DNA from: Rickettsiales bacterium
GTDB lineage: Bacteria > Pseudomonadota > Alphaproteobacteria > Rickettsiales > UBA998
Reading direction: 5' to 3'
Length of the DNA stretch: 64,000 nucleotides
Assembly: GCA_024304995.1 (NCBI GenBank)
Contig: JAMWZD010000004.1
Span: forward strand, 75,282 to 139,281
The notes under the pieces were generated by a model. It worked only from the letters and a program-made list of their open reading frames with translations, did not search any database and had not been told where the DNA came from. Both the position numbers and the translations under genes were made by a program. This document shows positions 20,874 through 28,016 of the stretch, in pieces (the first letter of the stretch is position 1; the number at the start of each line of letters is the position of its first letter).

Positions 20874-21686
20874 TCATGTCTCGGGATTATTAAGAGAGAA
20901 AACAAGTGAACATGCTATAACGTCTACCGTGGTATTATATTCTGCGGTCAGTTGGTTGGCTCTGCCCAACTGGGTTACACAATCAGCATTGTTCTGGTGA
21001 GTTCTTATTTTTCCAAGCCCTGGTTTGCCGTCATCATTCTTATGATCAATCTTGTGTGCTTCAACTGCAGTTAATATGGGTTGATCTGTTTCCCAATAAT
21101 CTGATTCAGCGCCAAACATCAGCATTAATTCATAATGCCCATCATACCAGCTGGAAGCAAAGCCGTTTGGCCATGTGATGCTCATTAAAGTATAGCCTCC
21201 TCCCATATCATTATTAGCTGGAATATTTACCCCAGGAACTGCGTGTCTTCCATCATTAGGGCCTCTTCTGCCTGTAAATGCGCCTTCAACCAGACCAGCA
21301 TTGGCAAGCTGCACCCAACCATGAAACCATTCCTGACCATAGTCCCCTGTTGCATCATCTCTGCGCAGTTCTCCGTTTCCATTCCCGTTGCAGGTGGTTC
21401 CGTTCGTGCTGACGGCATCGCGGCAGTCCACCCCAACACCATCTCCCCCGTCAGCTGCTCCCCAATATTTAACGGCGTGTTTCATGTCGCCAGGCAATTC
21501 TCGATATTTTGACTTGAATGTGTCTATAGCGGCTGTAAATCTGGCGACATCATTTGTGATAGAGCGAATTTCAGCCGCGCGGATTAGTTCTCTTCCTGTC
21601 AGCACTCCACCTACGAGAAGTCCTAATATCGCCAGTATCACTGAAATTTCTAATATCGAAAAGGCTCGGAGTGTGTTGTTGCGCAT
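20874..21686 (-). CDS. Prepilin-type N-terminal cleavage/methylation domain protein, paralogue 2
   Basis: MRNNTLRA followed by FSILEISVILAILGLLVGG. Shared motifs with the neighbour are TCNGNGNGE, WVQLANAGLVEGAFTG and IDHKNDDGKPG. There is a 4-nt gap to the downstream paralogue. Confidence 0.8.
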   Translation of the reverse strand: MRNNTLRAFSILEISVILAILGLLVGGVLTGRELIRAAEIRSITNDVARFTAAIDTFKSKYRELPGDMKHAVKYWGAADGGDGVGVDCRDAVSTNGTTCNGNGNGELRRDDATGDYGQEWFHGWVQLANAGLVEGAFTGRRGPNDGRHAVPGVNIPANNDMGGGYTLMSITWPNGFASSWYDGHYELMLMFGAESDYWETDQPILTAVEAHKIDHKNDDGKPGLGKIRTHQNNADCVTQLGRANQLTAEYNTTVDVIACSLVFSLNNPET

Positions 21687-21720
21687 ATAATATTATATAC
21701 ATCAACAGTTTAAATTAAGG

Positions 21721-22185
21721 TTAATTCCTGTGATAAGGGTGTCCTGTATTGATGGTATAGGCACGATATATCTGCTCAGCTAATAAAGCACGAACCAAAA
21801 GATGTGGCCATGTCATCTGACCAAAAGAAAGAATCGTGGAACATTGCTTCAATTGCGCTTTGTCAAACCCCACATCACCGCCAATCAGCCATGCAGTTTT
21901 GCGATTGCCTGCATCTTCCATCTGCTGCAGTTTTTCTGCCAGCTTCACGCTTCCAGTTGTTTTCCCTGTTTCATCTAATGCAATAATGGCATCTGCACCC
22001 CATTCTTTTGCGGTGGTAAATAATAATTCCGTTTCCTGAATCTGGCGTTGTTTCGCATCCAGCTTTGGGAAGCCATTTAATTCACGCAATTCACACGCTT
22101 CCCTGATGCGGGATACATAATGTTCAAACAGTGCTTTTTCAGGCGCACGTTTCCATTTGCCAATCGTTATGATAGCATGTTGCAT
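21721..22185 (-). CDS. rlmH: 23S rRNA (pseudouridine1915-N3)-methyltransferase RlmH
   Basis: 154-aa SPOUT protein ending in LSFGQMTWPHLLVRALLAEQIYRAYTINTGHPYHR. Confidence 0.9.
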   Translation of the reverse strand: MQHAIITIGKWKRAPEKALFEHYVSRIREACELRELNGFPKLDAKQRQIQETELLFTTAKEWGADAIIALDETGKTTGSVKLAEKLQQMEDAGNRKTAWLIGGDVGFDKAQLKQCSTILSFGQMTWPHLLVRALLAEQIYRAYTINTGHPYHRN

Positions 22186-22192
22186 GTTCTTA

Positions 22193-22549
22193 CTAACTTA
22201 TAAGATGCGTATCAGTGAGTGGAGCATCCATCGGGGCAATAGCCCACATTTTTTCCAGATTATAGACTTCTCTCACACCAGGTCTGAACAGATGTACCAC
22301 AATATCGCCTGTATCGAGCAATACCCAGTCGCATGTTTCTGTTCCTTCGATGGAAATATGCGGAGAGTTGATCTCTTTGAGCATATCTACAATAGAATCA
22401 GCAATGGAAGCAACGTGACGGGCTGAGCGCCCATCTGCCAGAACCATCATATCTGCAAAGCTAGTCTTTCCTTTAAGATCAATAACAGAAATGCCTTCTG
22501 CCTTGTCTTCTTCAAGCGTGTGAACAATTAATTCCTTTAAAGATTCCAC
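22193..22549 (-). CDS. rsfS: Ribosomal silencing factor RsfS
   Basis: 118 aa with DMMVLADGRSARHVASIADSI...WVLLDTGDIVVHLF. Sits in the nadD-rsfS-rlmH arrangement. Confidence 0.9.
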   Translation of the reverse strand: MESLKELIVHTLEEDKAEGISVIDLKGKTSFADMMVLADGRSARHVASIADSIVDMLKEINSPHISIEGTETCDWVLLDTGDIVVHLFRPGVREVYNLEKMWAIAPMDAPLTDTHLIS

Positions 22550-22618
22550 ACTGCCGTCCCATGTCGCGTTGCCGATAAAACATTCTCCTGTTATTTGTTA
22601 CACCAGCCAATAATAATA

Positions 22619-23242
22619 TTATGACGCAAAAATGCGTTCTTGCCAAGTATTTTCACCATATTCCTGTCGCAATCTTGTTGCAGACTCTGCATGACGGCGA
22701 ATCGGCACATAGTCCCATGCGGGCGCATCTGAAAGTGCCAACTCACGGTAATATCTGCGGTAGGGTTGCAGACTTTGCGCTGCGTGAGAACGCAATGCCG
22801 CTTTTGCAAAGGGCGCTCTGTCTAAAACAGCAATCGGCATAATATCTGCAATTTCCCTCCAACCCTGCCAGTGGTGAAAACCTGCCAGATTGTCTCCTCC
22901 CATAATCCATGTGAAATGATGGTTGGGATATAATGAGGTTATTTTGCTGATTGTCTGCTGCGTGTAAAAAAGCCCGTGACGCTGTTCAAAGTCTGATACG
23001 ATAATCTTGGGATGCGACACCAGCTTTTGCGCGTATGCGAAGCGTTTGTCAAATGGGGCAAGCGTTTTGGGGTCTTTCAAAGGGTTGGCGGGGCTGACCA
23101 GCCAGATCATGCGATCCAGCTCCAGCCGCCTTAATGCTTCAAGAGAAATATGCACATGCCCCGCATGAGCAGGATTGAATGACCCTCCCAGCAGCCCCAC
23201 TTTCTGCGGCGCTGCGGAGCGCAAAAATGCAAGTTTTGTCAT
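22619..23242 (-). CDS. nadD: Nicotinate-nucleotide adenylyltransferase
   Basis: GLLGGSFNPAHAGHVHIS (an HxGH-type motif), 207 aa. Confidence 0.9.
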   Translation of the reverse strand: MTKLAFLRSAAPQKVGLLGGSFNPAHAGHVHISLEALRRLELDRMIWLVSPANPLKDPKTLAPFDKRFAYAQKLVSHPKIIVSDFEQRHGLFYTQQTISKITSLYPNHHFTWIMGGDNLAGFHHWQGWREIADIMPIAVLDRAPFAKAALRSHAAQSLQPYRRYYRELALSDAPAWDYVPIRRHAESATRLRQEYGENTWQERIFAS

Positions 23243-23270
23243 AATATTATATGACTGGTGCAGCGAAACG

Positions 23271-24008
23271 CTACACCATCAACAAACCACCATTAATATG
23301 AATAGTCTGCCCTGTAATATATCCCGCAGCGTCAGAACTTAAAAAGGCTACACTTGCCGCAATATCTTCTGGCAAACCAAAGCGCCCTGCAGGAATATTG
23401 TCCGTAATGCGTTTTGCCTGCGCTTCATTTAATTCATCTGTCATTGGTGTTTTAATGAAACCAGGGGCGACGCAATTCACCGTAATCCCTCGGCTCGCCA
23501 CTTCAGCCGCAAGCGACTTGCTCATGCCAATCAACCCCGCCTTGGACGCACAATAATTTGCCTGCCCAGGATTGCCCATGACACCCACAACCGAGGTAAT
23601 ATTAATAATGCGCCCCGTGCGACGCTTCATCATGCCTTTAATGGCTGCGCGTGACAATTTGAAGGATGCACCAAGATTAATATCCAGTACGTCCTGCCAG
23701 TCTTCATCTTTCATGCGCATGGCAAGCCCGTCACGCGTAATCCCTGCATTATTCACCAGAATATCCAGACCATCCAATGCGTTTTCAGCATCTGGCACAA
23801 GGTTCGCCAATGCATCTGCATCGTTTAGTTTGCAGGGAAGAATTGCCACTTCCTTGCCAAGCTCCGCCTTCAATGCCTCCAGCTTTTCCTGACGTGTGCC
23901 AGAAATGGCTACTATTGCTCCAGCATTTAGCAACGCTTCCACAATCGCTTTGCCAATGCCACCTGTTGCGCCTGTAACCAGCGCTTTTTTTCCATGTAAA
24001 TCAATCAT
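23271..24008 (-). CDS. fabG: 3-oxoacyl-[ACP] reductase
   Basis: The track ORF extends to 24104 with a Cys-rich, non-SDR N-terminus. The ATG at 24008 gives MIDLHGKKALVTGATGGIGKAI. The catalytic YCASKAG and NAGITRD motifs are present. Confidence 0.88.
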   Translation of the reverse strand: MIDLHGKKALVTGATGGIGKAIVEALLNAGAIVAISGTRQEKLEALKAELGKEVAILPCKLNDADALANLVPDAENALDGLDILVNNAGITRDGLAMRMKDEDWQDVLDINLGASFKLSRAAIKGMMKRRTGRIINITSVVGVMGNPGQANYCASKAGLIGMSKSLAAEVASRGITVNCVAPGFIKTPMTDELNEAQAKRITDNIPAGRFGLPEDIAASVAFLSSDAAGYITGQTIHINGGLLMV

Positions 24009-24078
24009 GCAGATGGTTAAAGCGCAAGAGTTGCAATATCGCAAGCATTTATTGCACATTTTGCTGTTGGGTTTTTGA

Positions 24079-24795
24079 TTGGCTTTTGCTAAAACGCAGC
24101 ACATGAAAGAATTTAAAAAAGCGGGCGAACTTCGCTCTTATGGGCGCAGAAAAGCGCGAAGGCTGAGTGATGCTCAGCAGAATGTGTGGGATAATTTACT
24201 GCCACAATTGCGTATAATGCTGCCCGAAGAGGGGTGCATTGATGTTGCATCATTAAAGGAACATTATAAAGAATGCTGGCTTGAAATAGGCTTCGGCGCA
24301 GGTGAGCATCTGGTGCATATGGCACAAACCTATCCTGATATTCTGTTTATAGGCTGTGAGCCTTTTGCAAATGGCGTGGCTAAATGTCTGCTGGATGTTC
24401 GTGAACATCATATAGATAATATCCGCATCTTCCCGGATGATGTGCAGTTGCTGCTGGATGCGTTGCCAGAAAACTGCATCACTCGCACAGATATCCTGTT
24501 TCCTGACCCGTGGCGGAAAAAGGCGCATCATAAAAGACGATTGGTCAATCCTGTAACGCTGAATAAAATATCACGCATAATGCCCGAGGAGTCATTATTG
24601 TGGCTTGCATCTGATCATGAAAATTATGTGGAATGGATGTTAGAACATATTACGTTGCACCCCCATTTTGAATGGCTGGCAGAAAATAAAGCAGATTTTC
24701 TTCTGCCTCCGCAGGATTGGACGCAGACACGCTATCAGGGAAAAGCGCTGAAGGAAGGCAGGCACGCAACATTTATCCAATGCAGGAAAATCTAG
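24079..24795 (+). CDS. trmB: tRNA (guanine-N7)-methyltransferase
   Basis: LEIGFGAGEHLVHMAQTYPDILFIGCEPF and FPDPWRKKAHHKRRL. The true start may be the downstream MKEFKK. Confidence 0.9.
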   Translation: MAFAKTQHMKEFKKAGELRSYGRRKARRLSDAQQNVWDNLLPQLRIMLPEEGCIDVASLKEHYKECWLEIGFGAGEHLVHMAQTYPDILFIGCEPFANGVAKCLLDVREHHIDNIRIFPDDVQLLLDALPENCITRTDILFPDPWRKKAHHKRRLVNPVTLNKISRIMPEESLLWLASDHENYVEWMLEHITLHPHFEWLAENKADFLLPPQDWTQTRYQGKALKEGRHATFIQCRKI

Positions 24796-25175
24796 CGGCT
24801 TTGCGTTGCTCTGGCTTTTGAAAGCCCTAATGCACGATGTTTTCTGGCTTTTTCTCCCGTGCCTGGCAATGCGCGCCACTGACACCCGTGCGCAAGTGCT
24901 TTTTTGCACATATCACGCACAAAAGACGGTTCAAACCCAGCATAATCACACACGGTTAGAAAGTCCTTGCTATTGCCGCGTAACCAGATGAGCGCTTCCC
25001 GCTTGCTTTGCAGATTCTCTGTTTTTTTGCTGTTTGAAGAGGCATCCATTAAAGCTTGCACAATAACTGCGCGCCAGATAGATTGCTGAGACGCAGTGGG
25101 ATTATGCATTTCATTGTTAGACGGGTCATATGAAGAAACATTAGCTTGTGACGCAGAAATGACATTTGTAGACAT
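24792..25175 (-). CDS. Hypothetical protein (orphan, basic C-terminus)
   Basis: 127-aa ORF. Its stop shares the CTAG tetranucleotide with the convergent trmB stop. The central segment IWRAVIVQALMDA...ALIWLRGNSKDFLTVCDYAGFEPSFVRDM resembles small mobile-element-associated proteins I cannot name. Confidence 0.5.
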   Translation of the reverse strand: MSTNVISASQANVSSYDPSNNEMHNPTASQQSIWRAVIVQALMDASSNSKKTENLQSKREALIWLRGNSKDFLTVCDYAGFEPSFVRDMCKKALAHGCQWRALPGTGEKARKHRALGLSKARATQSR

Positions 25176-25221
25176 AATATACTACCTATAGTTTTAATTC
25201 TTATTATAAATAATCCAATAA

Positions 25222-25252
25222 TTGCACAATGGATTGTGCGCATATGGTGCAA
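25222..25252. promoter_or_regulatory. Nested palindromic operator-like site in a divergent promoter region
   Basis: GCACAAT-GG-ATTGTGC forms a perfect 7-2-7 inverted repeat at 25224..25239. It is flanked by TTGCAC (25222..25227) and GTGCAA (25247..25252). Confidence 0.4.
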
Positions 25253-25287
25253 TTCATTTAAAATAAGATTAATGCTCGCCATAATTG

Positions 25288-25323
25288 CTGGAAGGGGGAA
25301 AAATGCACTTCCAGTTGTTTTTT
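25288..25323 (+). terminator. Intrinsic-terminator-like hairpin upstream of the 25346 ORF (attenuator or sRNA end?)
   Basis: CTGGAAG (25288..25294) pairs with CTTCCAG (25308..25314) around a 13-nt loop, followed by TTGTTTTTT. The U-tract exists on the plus strand only. Confidence 0.35.
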
Positions 25324-25345
25324 ATGTGCGATAGAAAATAACTAT

Positions 25346-25642
25346 ATGAATAATAATGATAATGCGAAGAAAAGAATTGAGAAGCAAATGCGTATGTTAG
25401 AGCGCATTATGGCGGATATTAGCAAAACCACGCGCCAGTCGACAGCCTTAAAAACAGGATTAGTAACTGACAAAGAAAAAGATTCGCCAGTGACGTTAAT
25501 CCTAAAATTATCGCAGATGCTGCTAAAATGGCACGAGGCAGAGCAAAAATATGCTCAGTCTTCGCAGGAAATTTCTGAAGAAATTATAATATCTGATACA
25601 GATATAGATGTAATTGAAGCATATTTGAACAGAAAAAAATAA
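25346..25642 (+). CDS. Hypothetical protein (predicted helical/coiled coil)
   Basis: 98-aa charged ORF followed by a strong terminator. No family recognised. Confidence 0.45.
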   Translation: MNNNDNAKKRIEKQMRMLERIMADISKTTRQSTALKTGLVTDKEKDSPVTLILKLSQMLLKWHEAEQKYAQSSQEISEEIIISDTDIDVIEAYLNRKK

Positions 25643-25645
25643 AGT

Positions 25646-25672
25646 AGTTGCATTTTTTATTTAAATGCAACT
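25646..25672. terminator. Bidirectional intrinsic terminator hairpin
   Basis: Perfect 10-bp stem AGTTGCATTT/AAATGCAACT with loop TTTATTT. It lies in A/T-rich flanks between convergent ORFs. Confidence 0.6.
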
Positions 25673-25685
25673 AAAGTTTGTGATA

Positions 25686-25811
25686 TTATAGAGCAATGAG
25701 TGAAAACATCACACCAAACAACATTCCTAAGATGATCATAAACAGATATGCTACAACGATGCCTGAACCATAACGGCTATCATCCTGAGCATTAAATTTG
25801 GGGTCATTCAT
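25686..25811 (-). CDS. Possible 41-aa small membrane peptide (unannotated, below the ORF-track cutoff)
   Basis: My translation is MNDPKFNAQDDSRYGSGIVVAYLFMIILGMLFGVMFSLIAL. It has one C-terminal TM segment, GAGG about 13 nt upstream of the ATG, and a terminator hairpin immediately downstream. Confidence 0.3.
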   Translation of the reverse strand: MNDPKFNAQDDSRYGSGIVVAYLFMIILGMLFGVMFSLIAL

Positions 25812-25870
25812 TTTAAATTTTACCTCGGTTTCTTTTTACACTAGCCTAAAGCGTCAAACTTTAGACGACC

Positions 25871-26053
25871 GGGCGTTCAAAACCGCTAGCTTAAAACGGC
25901 GCAACAGTCTTTATCGTGGTAACACGACTGGACATACACCATCACCACCCGGTCTGTAAAAGAATCCTAGGTAGATATATGAGGCGCATAAAGGAATTGC
26001 GCCGCCACTATCGACTATATCTCAAGCCGTAAGCTAGTTGGGTTTTGAAGCCC
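25871..26053. repeat. 183-nt imperfect inverted-repeat element or candidate structured RNA
   Basis: Arms 25871..25900 and 26026..26053 pair over 25 bp with three small bulges. The interior contains hairpins TCGTG-GTAA-CACGA (GNRA loop on the plus strand), GACTGG/CCGGTC, GGCGCA/TGCGCC and AGATATA/TATATCT. Extra hairpins flank it at 25846..25864 and 26055..26096. Confidence 0.5.
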
Positions 26054-26221
26054 ACTATCTTGCTATAGATCTACGGAAATGCTCTTCGCAAGATAGTATG
26101 CAATAATTATTAACGTAAAAAGAATCAATACACAAGCAGTTTTTTGCAGTTTTTTGCAATTTGCTTCAAACAACACAAAGTGATTGTGCTTTGCCATTTC
26201 GGTTGTTATGGCTAGTGCGCT

Positions 26222-26881
26222 ATGATTTTTGAGATTCTGTTTTTCGTATTGGCATATTTAATCGGCTCAATTCCGTCAGGAATTATTGTCGCCAGATTGT
26301 TCAAACTGAAAGATCCACGAAAAATAGGATCAGGAAATATTGGTGCGACCAACATGGTGCGTGCTGGTGGCAAATTGCCAGGGCTCATCACGTTATTATT
26401 AGATGCGATGAAAGCAGTAATCACTTTTTTTATATGTAATCAATTTCTTCAGCCAGATATTGCCTATCTGAACAGTGATGGCACTTATGGAACTGCCAAA
26501 GCCTATATCAATATACAACAAGCCTATCTCATTGGTTTTACTACTATGATAGGACATTGTTTTCCCATATGGCTTAAATTTAAAGGTGGGAAAGGAGTGG
26601 CCACGGGGCTGGGGTTAATTGCCGTCATCCATCTGCATGAGCAGCCAGAAACCGCCTATTGGTTGTTGATGTTCGCGTGCATCTGGATCGGCACATATAA
26701 ATTTACAAAAATTGTGTCTGTTGCCTCATTAGTCACCTTTGCTATTTTGCCACTTTATTCGATGGCAGTTTATGGCATCTGGCTTGCGCCATTGTTGGTA
26801 ACCCTGCTTATTTTCATCCGCCATAAGGAAAACATTGAACGGTTAGTGCGCGGAGAAGAAAATGCCTTTAAACGCAATTAA
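26222..26881 (+). CDS. plsY: Glycerol-3-phosphate acyltransferase PlsY
   Basis: 219-aa membrane protein with GSGNIGATN and FKGGKGVATGLG. Confidence 0.93.
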   Translation: MIFEILFFVLAYLIGSIPSGIIVARLFKLKDPRKIGSGNIGATNMVRAGGKLPGLITLLLDAMKAVITFFICNQFLQPDIAYLNSDGTYGTAKAYINIQQAYLIGFTTMIGHCFPIWLKFKGGKGVATGLGLIAVIHLHEQPETAYWLLMFACIWIGTYKFTKIVSVASLVTFAILPLYSMAVYGIWLAPLLVTLLIFIRHKENIERLVRGEENAFKRN

Positions 26882-28016
26882 TACTGTGGAACAACAAGAA
26901 AACATAGCGTCCGAAACTGACCTGCTGGATATTGTTCGGCTCATCCGCAGTGATAATGTGGGAGCTGTTACCTATCATAAATTAATCGCGCGATATGGCA
27001 CAGCAGCAAAAGCGCTTGAAGCCATCCCCCATCTTGCAACGCGTGCTGGCAGCAAACGCAGCATTTCAATCTGCCCAAAAAACAAGGCGCAGATGGAGAT
27101 TGAAAAAACGCAGTTGATTGGTGCGCAGTTTGTTCCATATGGCAGCGCAGATTATCCTGATTTACTGTCACAAATAAACGATGCCCCTGCCCTTTTAATT
27201 GCTCATGGCAATGTGAGCATGTTGCGCCATAAAAATATCGTGGCGATTGTTGGTTCACGCAATGCCTCTGCCAATGGCAGAAAATACGCACAAAAACTTG
27301 CCACTGAACTTGGCGATGCTGGCTTTTATATGGCATCTGGTCTGGCGCGCGGCATAGACCGTTATGCCCATCAGGGAGCATTGGAAACAGGCACAATCGG
27401 CGTAATTGCTGGCGGGATTGACCATATTTATCCACCAGAAAACAAGGATATGTTCGCCGCAATGAAAGAACGCGGGGTGGTGGTGACAGAAGCGCCATTT
27501 GGTTCTTCGCCGCAGCACCGCCATTTCCCAGCACGCAATCGCATTATAGCGGGCATGTCTCACGGAACGGTGATAGTCGAAGCCGCCAAAAAGTCTGGCT
27601 CTCTCATCACTGCGCGATATGCGCTGGATTACAACCGTGAAGTCTGCGCAGTGCCAGGTTCACCGATGGATCCCCGTTCCGAGGGAGGCAATCATTTGAT
27701 TCAGCAAGGCGCGACACTGGTAAGCTGTACGGATGATATTATTCACGCCTGCCGTGATGCACAGATGCAGATTAAACCTGCTGCACAATCAGGACTTTTC
27801 GATGCACCTGCAGAACTGGATGATAATAATCTCGATTCAGAACGGCAGGCAGTGCATGTATTGATTGATGCAACACCTGTTGCAATTGAGGATATTATCG
27901 TCATGTCTGGCGTTGATGCACGAATTGTTAACGTTATTTTGCTTGAAATGGAACTTGCAGGCATGTTACGGCGTCATCTCGGTGGCACTATCAGTCGAAA
28001 TTATGAGGAAGAATAA
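26862..28016 (+). CDS. dprA: DNA processing protein DprA
   Basis: Rossmann-like core VGSRNASANGRKYAQKLATELGDAGFYMASGLARGIDRYAHQGAL. Sits in plsY-dprA-topA order. Confidence 0.92.
   Translation: MPLNAINTVEQQENIASETDLLDIVRLIRSDNVGAVTYHKLIARYGTAAKALEAIPHLATRAGSKRSISICPKNKAQMEIEKTQLIGAQFVPYGSADYPDLLSQINDAPALLIAHGNVSMLRHKNIVAIVGSRNASANGRKYAQKLATELGDAGFYMASGLARGIDRYAHQGALETGTIGVIAGGIDHIYPPENKDMFAAMKERGVVVTEAPFGSSPQHRHFPARNRIIAGMSHGTVIVEAAKKSGSLITARYALDYNREVCAVPGSPMDPRSEGGNHLIQQGATLVSCTDDIIHACRDAQMQIKPAAQSGLFDAPAELDDNNLDSERQAVHVLIDATPVAIEDIIVMSGVDARIVNVILLEMELAGMLRRHLGGTISRNYEEE

Noticed and set aside
23271-24104. A long N-terminal extension of fabG (MCCVLAKANQKPNSKMCNKCLRYCNSCALTIC...). I checked analogous extensions of phaC (to 61985), lysC (to 39646), the nuo-embedded lipoprotein (to 7903) and gtrA (from 51376).
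   Set aside because: The extensions are not part of the conserved families and overlap neighbouring genes or promoters. In each case an internal ATG gives the canonical N-terminus, so I trimmed the coordinates instead of reporting novel fusions.
25940-25951. The string CACCATCACCAC (four consecutive His codons) inside the structured element.
   Set aside because: It is not in any open frame with a start codon. It sits in a predicted hairpin loop and is most likely coincidental.
25846-26096. I considered that the structured region could be tmRNA (two-piece alphaproteobacterial ssrA), 6S RNA, SRP RNA or a cobalamin riboswitch.
   Set aside because: There is no tRNA-like T arm with a GTTCGA-type loop or CCA end, and no plausible tag reading frame ending in an Ala-Ala stop. 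It does not form a single long helix with a central bubble. The SRP GGAA/AGCAGC motif is absent, and so is a B12 box. I kept it as an unknown structured element rather than naming it.
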